DNA of 34,633 nucleotides from Escherichia coli (GTDB lineage Bacteria; Pseudomonadota; Gammaproteobacteria; Enterobacterales; Enterobacteriaceae): NCBI RefSeq assembly GCF_003334815.1, contig NZ_QOWO01000038.1; one strand, 5' to 3'. Shown piece by piece: positions 30,164 to 34,633 of this stretch (position 1 is its first letter; each line of letters starts with the position of its first letter). The notes under the pieces were generated by a model. It saw only the letters and a program-made list of their open reading frames with translations, ran no database searches and was not told where the DNA came from. The position numbers and the translations under genes were made by a program.

Positions 30164-30858
30164 TGCAGATCCTCAAAGTGATCGGCCTGTTGATGGAGTA
30201 TCCGGACGAGCTGTTGTGGGAATGCAAGGAGGACGCGCTGGCGTTGATCCGCCGCGACGCGCCGATGCTTACGGATTTCACCCACAACCTGCTTAACGCG
30301 CCGCTGCTGGATAAACAGGCCGAATGGTGCGAAGTGTTTGACCGCGGGCGCACCACGTCGCTGCTGCTGTTCGAACATGTTCATGCCGAGTCCCGCGATC
30401 GCGGCCAGGCAATGGTGGACCTGCTGGCGGAGTATGAAAAGGTCGGCCTGCAGCTGGATTGTCGGGAACTGCCCGATTATCTACCGCTGTATCTGGAGTA
30501 TTTAAGCGTACTGCCTGACGATCAGGCGAAAGAAGGATTGCTCAATGTTGCGCCGATCCTCGCCCTGCTTGGCGGTCGCTTAAAACAACGCGAGGCACCG
30601 TGGTACGCGTTGTTTGATGCTCTGCTGCAACTGGCGGGAAGCTCCCTTTCAAGTGACAGTGTCACAAAACAAGTAAACAGCGAAGAGCGCGATGACACCC
30701 GCCAGGCGCTTGATGCAGTGTGGGAAGAGGAACAGGTGAAGTTTATTGAAGATAACGCCACGGCGTGTGACAGCTCGCCGCTTAATCAATATCAGCGACG
30801 CTTTAGCCAGGATGTCGCGCCGCAATATGTCGACATCAGTGCGGGAGGTGGGAAATGA
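30163..30858 (+). CDS. narW: Nitrate reductase Z assembly chaperone (NarJ-like)
   Basis: 231-aa ORF; TAATG stop/start overlap with narY. Confidence 0.92.
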
Positions 30859-31535
30859 TTCAGTATCTGAACGTCTTTTTTTACGATATCTACCCGTACA
30901 TTTGTGCGACGGTGTTTTTCCTCGGCAGCTGGCTGCGCTACGACTACGGGCAGTACACCTGGCGCGCCTCCTCAAGTCAAATGCTCGATAAACGCGGGAT
31001 GGTGATATGGTCGAATCTGTTCCATATCGGCATTTTGGGGATTTTCTTCGGGCACTTGTTCGGCATGTTAACGCCGCACTGGATGTACGCGTGGTTTTTG
31101 CCAGTGGCAGCGAAACAACTCATGGCGATGGTGCTCGGCGGTATTTGCGGTGTGTTGACGTTGATTGGCGGCGCAGGACTGCTGTGGCGCAGGCTGACAA
31201 ATCAGCGCGTGCGTGCCACTTCCACTACGCCGGATATCATCATCATGAGCATTTTGCTGATCCAGTGTCTGTTGGGGCTAAGTACCATACCGTTTTCAGC
31301 ACAGTATCCTGATGGTAGCGAAATGATGAAGCTGGTGGGTTGGGCGCAAAGCATTGTCACTTTCCGTGGTGGATCGTCAGAGATGCTCAACGGCGTAGCG
31401 TTCGTCTTCCGCCTGCATCTGGTGTTGGGAATGACCATCTTCCTGCTCTTCCCGTTCACCCGACTGGTGCATGTGTGGAGCGCGCCGTTTGAGTACTTTA
31501 CTCGTCGATATCAAATTGTGCGTTCGCGGCGATAA
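30855..31535 (+). CDS. narV: Respiratory nitrate reductase Z gamma subunit (cytochrome b)
   Basis: 226-aa membrane protein; start overlaps the narW stop (ATGA). Confidence 0.93.
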
Positions 31536-31613
31536 TTTCACCCTGGCCGGATAGCCCTTCGCTCTCCGGCCACTTGCAGGCTATGATAGTTCTCCAGTCA
31601 CAGGAGAACGTTA

Positions 31614-32507
31614 ATGAAACCGCAGGTGTACCACGTCGATGCTTTTACCTCACAACCGTTTCGCGGCAATTCTGCCGGTGTTGTTTTCCCCGCCGATAAT
31701 CTTAGCGAAGCGCAAATGCAGCTTATCGCCCGCGAGTTAGGCCATTCGGAAACTGCTTTTCTGCTGCACAGCGACGACAGCGATGTGCGCATCCGCTACT
31801 TTACGCCAACGGTTGAAGTGCCGATTTGCGGTCACGCGACAGTAGCTGCGCACTATGTACGTGCGAAGGTGTTAGGTTTAGGAAATTGCACGATCTGGCA
31901 AACATCGCTGGCAGGAAAACATCGCGTGACTATCGAAAAGCACAACGATGATTATCGTATTTCGCTGGAACAAGGTACGCCGGGCTTTGAGCCACCGCTG
32001 GAAGGTGAAACACGTGCGGCGATTATCAACGCGCTTCATCTCACTGAGGACGATATTCTGCCAGGCTTGCCAATTCAGGTGGCAACAACAGGACACTCAA
32101 AAGTGATGATCCCACTGAAACCGGAAGTGGATATCGACGCCCTTTCGCCTGACCTTAATGCGCTGACCGCTATCAGCAAAAAGATTGGCTGCAATGGTTT
32201 CTTCCCGTTCCAGATCCGCCCAGGCAAAAACGAAACCGATGGTCGCATGTTCTCGCCTGCGATTGGTATTGTGGAAGATCCGGTGACTGGCAATGCCAAT
32301 GGCCCGATGGGTGCATGGTTGGTACATCACAACGTATTGCCCCACGATGGCAACGTGTTGCGTGTTAAAGGCCATCAGGGGCGCGCATTGGGGCGTGACG
32401 GTATGATTGAAGTGACGGTGACAATTCGTGATAACCAACCGGAAAAAGTCACCATTTCAGGCACAGCGGTGATTTTGTTTCATGCCGAATGGGCAATTGA
32501 ACTCTGA
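31614..32507 (+). CDS. yddE: PhzF-family (phenazine biosynthesis-like) isomerase of unknown substrate
   Basis: 297-aa ORF, RBS CAGGAG upstream; recognised as YddE. Confidence 0.88.
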   Translation: MKPQVYHVDAFTSQPFRGNSAGVVFPADNLSEAQMQLIARELGHSETAFLLHSDDSDVRIRYFTPTVEVPICGHATVAAHYVRAKVLGLGNCTIWQTSLAGKHRVTIEKHNDDYRISLEQGTPGFEPPLEGETRAAIINALHLTEDDILPGLPIQVATTGHSKVMIPLKPEVDIDALSPDLNALTAISKKIGCNGFFPFQIRPGKNETDGRMFSPAIGIVEDPVTGNANGPMGAWLVHHNVLPHDGNVLRVKGHQGRALGRDGMIEVTVTIRDNQPEKVTISGTAVILFHAEWAIEL

Positions 32508-32515
32508 AACCGTTG

Positions 32516-32591
32516 TCTGATGCGCTTCGCCTGTCAGGTCTACAACCGGGCTAATGTATGCCGGATAAGGCGTTTACGCCGCATCCGGCAA
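32516..32591. repeat. BIME: two REP elements between convergent yddE and nhoA
   Basis: GTCTGATGCGCTTCGCCTGTCAGGTCTAC and TGCCGGATAAGGCGTTTACGCCGCATCCGGCAA match REP consensus families. Confidence 0.75.
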
Positions 32592-32602
32592 CCTGACATA
32601 AA

Positions 32603-33448
32603 TTATTTTCCCGCCTCCGGGTGCGTATCAAACGCCGCCATCACCAGCGCTAACTCATCCACGGTAAAGCCATGTTTCGCATCATCCACGCCCAGACCAA
32701 ACTGTTCTTGCATCACAGCATATAATGACGCCACATCCGGTAGATTTCGCTGCTCCACCGCGTGCCCATTTTCATAATGGGTAAAATGAAAATTGGTCAG
32801 TGTCAGCTTGCCGCCGTCCGGCAAATGGCGGCACATCAGCAAATGATGGCGAAAATGCGACTGCGGCCAGTGCGCCGACCAGAAATTGCCCATCACATAA
32901 TCGCTTTGTTGCTGCTCGCAGAGATCAAAACGGTACATCGACTGCCAATGCTGATGATGATTAAACTGCAACACCCAATCATCACCCTCCTGCAACAACC
33001 GATACTCTCCGTGTGGCGTGGTCTGCACGAGATCGGAAACTAAACGAATCGGCGCGGTTAGCGTCTGCCCACCGAAAGCGACATCAGCAATCCATTTTTC
33101 CTCTTCCAGTTCCACCAACAGCAAACGATGGGTGCGCGGCGGTAATGCTGGCGGATTTGATAACACTACGCGCCCTAACAAGCTGCGAACGTTAAACCCC
33201 AGCTCGCGTAACACCCGCTCAAACACGCCATTCTGCTCAAAACAGTAACCGCCACGACGGGCTATCACCAGTTTCTCTTCCGGCGATTGATTATCAAGCT
33301 GTATTTCCCTCGGCAGCAAAACGTCGAGGTTTTCAAACGGAATGGTGCAATTGTGTTTCAGGTGCAATGCACGAAGCGTATCAATATTGACCGCAGCAGC
33401 TCCCGACCAGTTAATACGGGCAAAATAGTGATTCAGAATGGGCGTCAT
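32603..33448 (-). CDS. nhoA: Arylamine N-acetyltransferase / N-hydroxyarylamine O-acetyltransferase
   Basis: 281-aa ORF; NAT-family protein with catalytic Cys region (RRGGYCFEQN). Confidence 0.92.
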   Translation of the reverse strand: MTPILNHYFARINWSGAAAVNIDTLRALHLKHNCTIPFENLDVLLPREIQLDNQSPEEKLVIARRGGYCFEQNGVFERVLRELGFNVRSLLGRVVLSNPPALPPRTHRLLLVELEEEKWIADVAFGGQTLTAPIRLVSDLVQTTPHGEYRLLQEGDDWVLQFNHHQHWQSMYRFDLCEQQQSDYVMGNFWSAHWPQSHFRHHLLMCRHLPDGGKLTLTNFHFTHYENGHAVEQRNLPDVASLYAVMQEQFGLGVDDAKHGFTVDELALVMAAFDTHPEAGK

Positions 33449-33620
33449 CAGGCGTTTCCCTTAGTGGTTTTCTCAACTTATAACCTGGAATAGACGCCGC
33501 ACCGGCTATTTTGTGCGATCGCGGACATGCATCACGTTCGCAAATCGCCAATCCCGTTAATTTCGTTACTTATTGCGTTACGGACTACGCTTAAAAAAAC
33601 CTTCTTCGCGAGGCGATACC

Positions 33621-34190
33621 ATGAGCCGATTCATCCCCATAGAATTACACCATGCCAGCCGTCTGTTAAATCATGGCCCAACGGTCTTGATCACCAGTTT
33701 CGATGAGCAATCCCAGCGGCGTAACATTATGGCTGCAGCCTGGTCAATGCCGGTGGAGTTTGAACCTCCACGCGTGGCGATTGTGGTAGATAAATCGACA
33801 TGGACCAGGGAGTTGATTGAACATAACGGTAAATTTGGCATCGTTATCCCGGGCGTTGCAGCAACTAACTGGACGTGGGCGGTGGGAAGTGTGTCGGGGC
33901 GTGATGAAGATAAATTTAATTGCTATGGCATTCCGGTTGTGAGAGGCCCGGTATTTGGTTTGCCTCTGGTCGAGGAAAAATGTCTGGCGTGGATGGAGTG
34001 TCGATTGCTACCTGCGACTTCTGCGCAAGAAGAATACGACACGCTGTTTGGCGAAGTAGTATCAGCAGCGGCAGACGCACGGGTATTTGTCGAAGGCCGC
34101 TGGCAGTTTGATGATGATAAGCTCAATACGTTGCATCATTTAGGTGCTGGGACGTTTGTTACCAGCGGCAAGCGTGTTACGGCGGGTTAA
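33621..34190 (+). CDS. yddH: Flavin reductase-like domain protein
   Basis: ORF-track frame 33573-34190; start placed at ATG 33621 after GAGGCG ([11 protein letters not shown]...), 189 aa. Confidence 0.85.
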
Positions 34191-34420
34191 GCATTCATGC
34201 TATAACCAGGTTTCTTTATCAAAGCCTCCATTTGGGGCGCGATTTCGGCATCCCAGATAGCTTGCCAAGATTCTGGTTGAATCTGCTGTAGAGCAATGCT
34301 TATCGAACTGTCTTTACTGTTCAGATGACGAATAATAACGTCGGTAATATCTGCAGCAAGTGCTGCTTTTTGTTGTTCGTCCAGTTCACGCGGAAAACAT
34401 TTAATGTCGATGTGCGGCAT
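34187..34420 (-). CDS. pptA: 4-oxalocrotonate tautomerase-family enzyme (N-terminal Pro catalytic residue after Met removal)
   Basis: ORF-track frame 34187-34459; start placed at ATG 34420 ([21 protein letters not shown]...), 77 aa, preceded by AGGAG. Pro at position 2 is the tautomerase-superfamily hallmark. Confidence 0.85.
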
Positions 34421-34519
34421 GATTACGCTCCTTTTGAAAGATGTCAGTAAAATTAACACACATTGTGAATGTCATGTGTCCGGTAAAGCGTTTATACGAC
34501 AATAATGCCCAGGGCAAGA

Positions 34520-34633
34520 TTACGAAAGCCCGCTCCCCGTAAGGACTGACGCCAGGTAGTTTCTGTCCATGGCTGCTTTTCGCATCTTACGTCTTAACCC
34601 TGCCTTGAATACCTTATCATTCGTCAAAATATT
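34520..34633 (-). CDS. Possible 3' end of a gene running in from beyond the window edge (partial)
   Basis: One minus-strand frame is open for 37 codons from the window edge to TAA at 34520-34522. Identity unknown; too short to judge coding character. Confidence 0.2.

Noticed and set aside
31545-31571. Hairpin GGCCGGA...TCCGGCC between narV and yddE as a terminator
   Set aside because: No U-tract follows; narV and yddE may be co-transcribed, or yddE may use a separate promoter (TATGAT at 31582-31587). Insufficient evidence to call it either way.
1-34633. Mobile elements (IS, integrase, prophage genes) or tRNA/rRNA genes
   Set aside because: No transposase or integrase-like ORF, terminal inverted repeats, or tRNA-like cloverleaf sequence was recognised. 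The only possible exception is the unidentifiable partial ORF at the far right edge.

Overview
No tools were available; all calls rest on reading the sequence and the supplied ORF track, and on recognising protein sequences from memory (no database search was run). The window looks like a well-characterised Escherichia coli K-12-type chromosomal segment, in reverse orientation to the usual genome numbering. Gene order: dosC-dosP (oxygen-sensing c-di-GMP pair), ddpXABCDF (D-Ala-D-Ala dipeptidase plus dipeptide ABC transporter), osmC (-), bdm, sra, maeA, adhP, yddM, fdnIHG (-; formate dehydrogenase-N with an in-frame UGA selenocysteine codon), yddG, yddL'-yddK-yddJ (AT-rich islet), narU-narZYWV (second nitrate reductase), yddE, nhoA (-), yddH, pptA (-). 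I saw no CRISPR array, tRNA/rRNA gene or intact IS element. Several REP/BIME repeats and intrinsic terminator hairpins sit in intergenic gaps. I did not find convincing evidence for a wholly undescribed system. The least-explained parts are the AT-rich yddL'-yddK-yddJ islet (truncated porin, leucine-rich-repeat protein, small ORF), the apparently orphan HigA-like antitoxin gene yddM, and the yddE-nhoA-yddH-pptA run of aromatic-compound enzyme families. Most of the ORF-track entries not listed as features are antisense or embedded frames inside well-supported genes.
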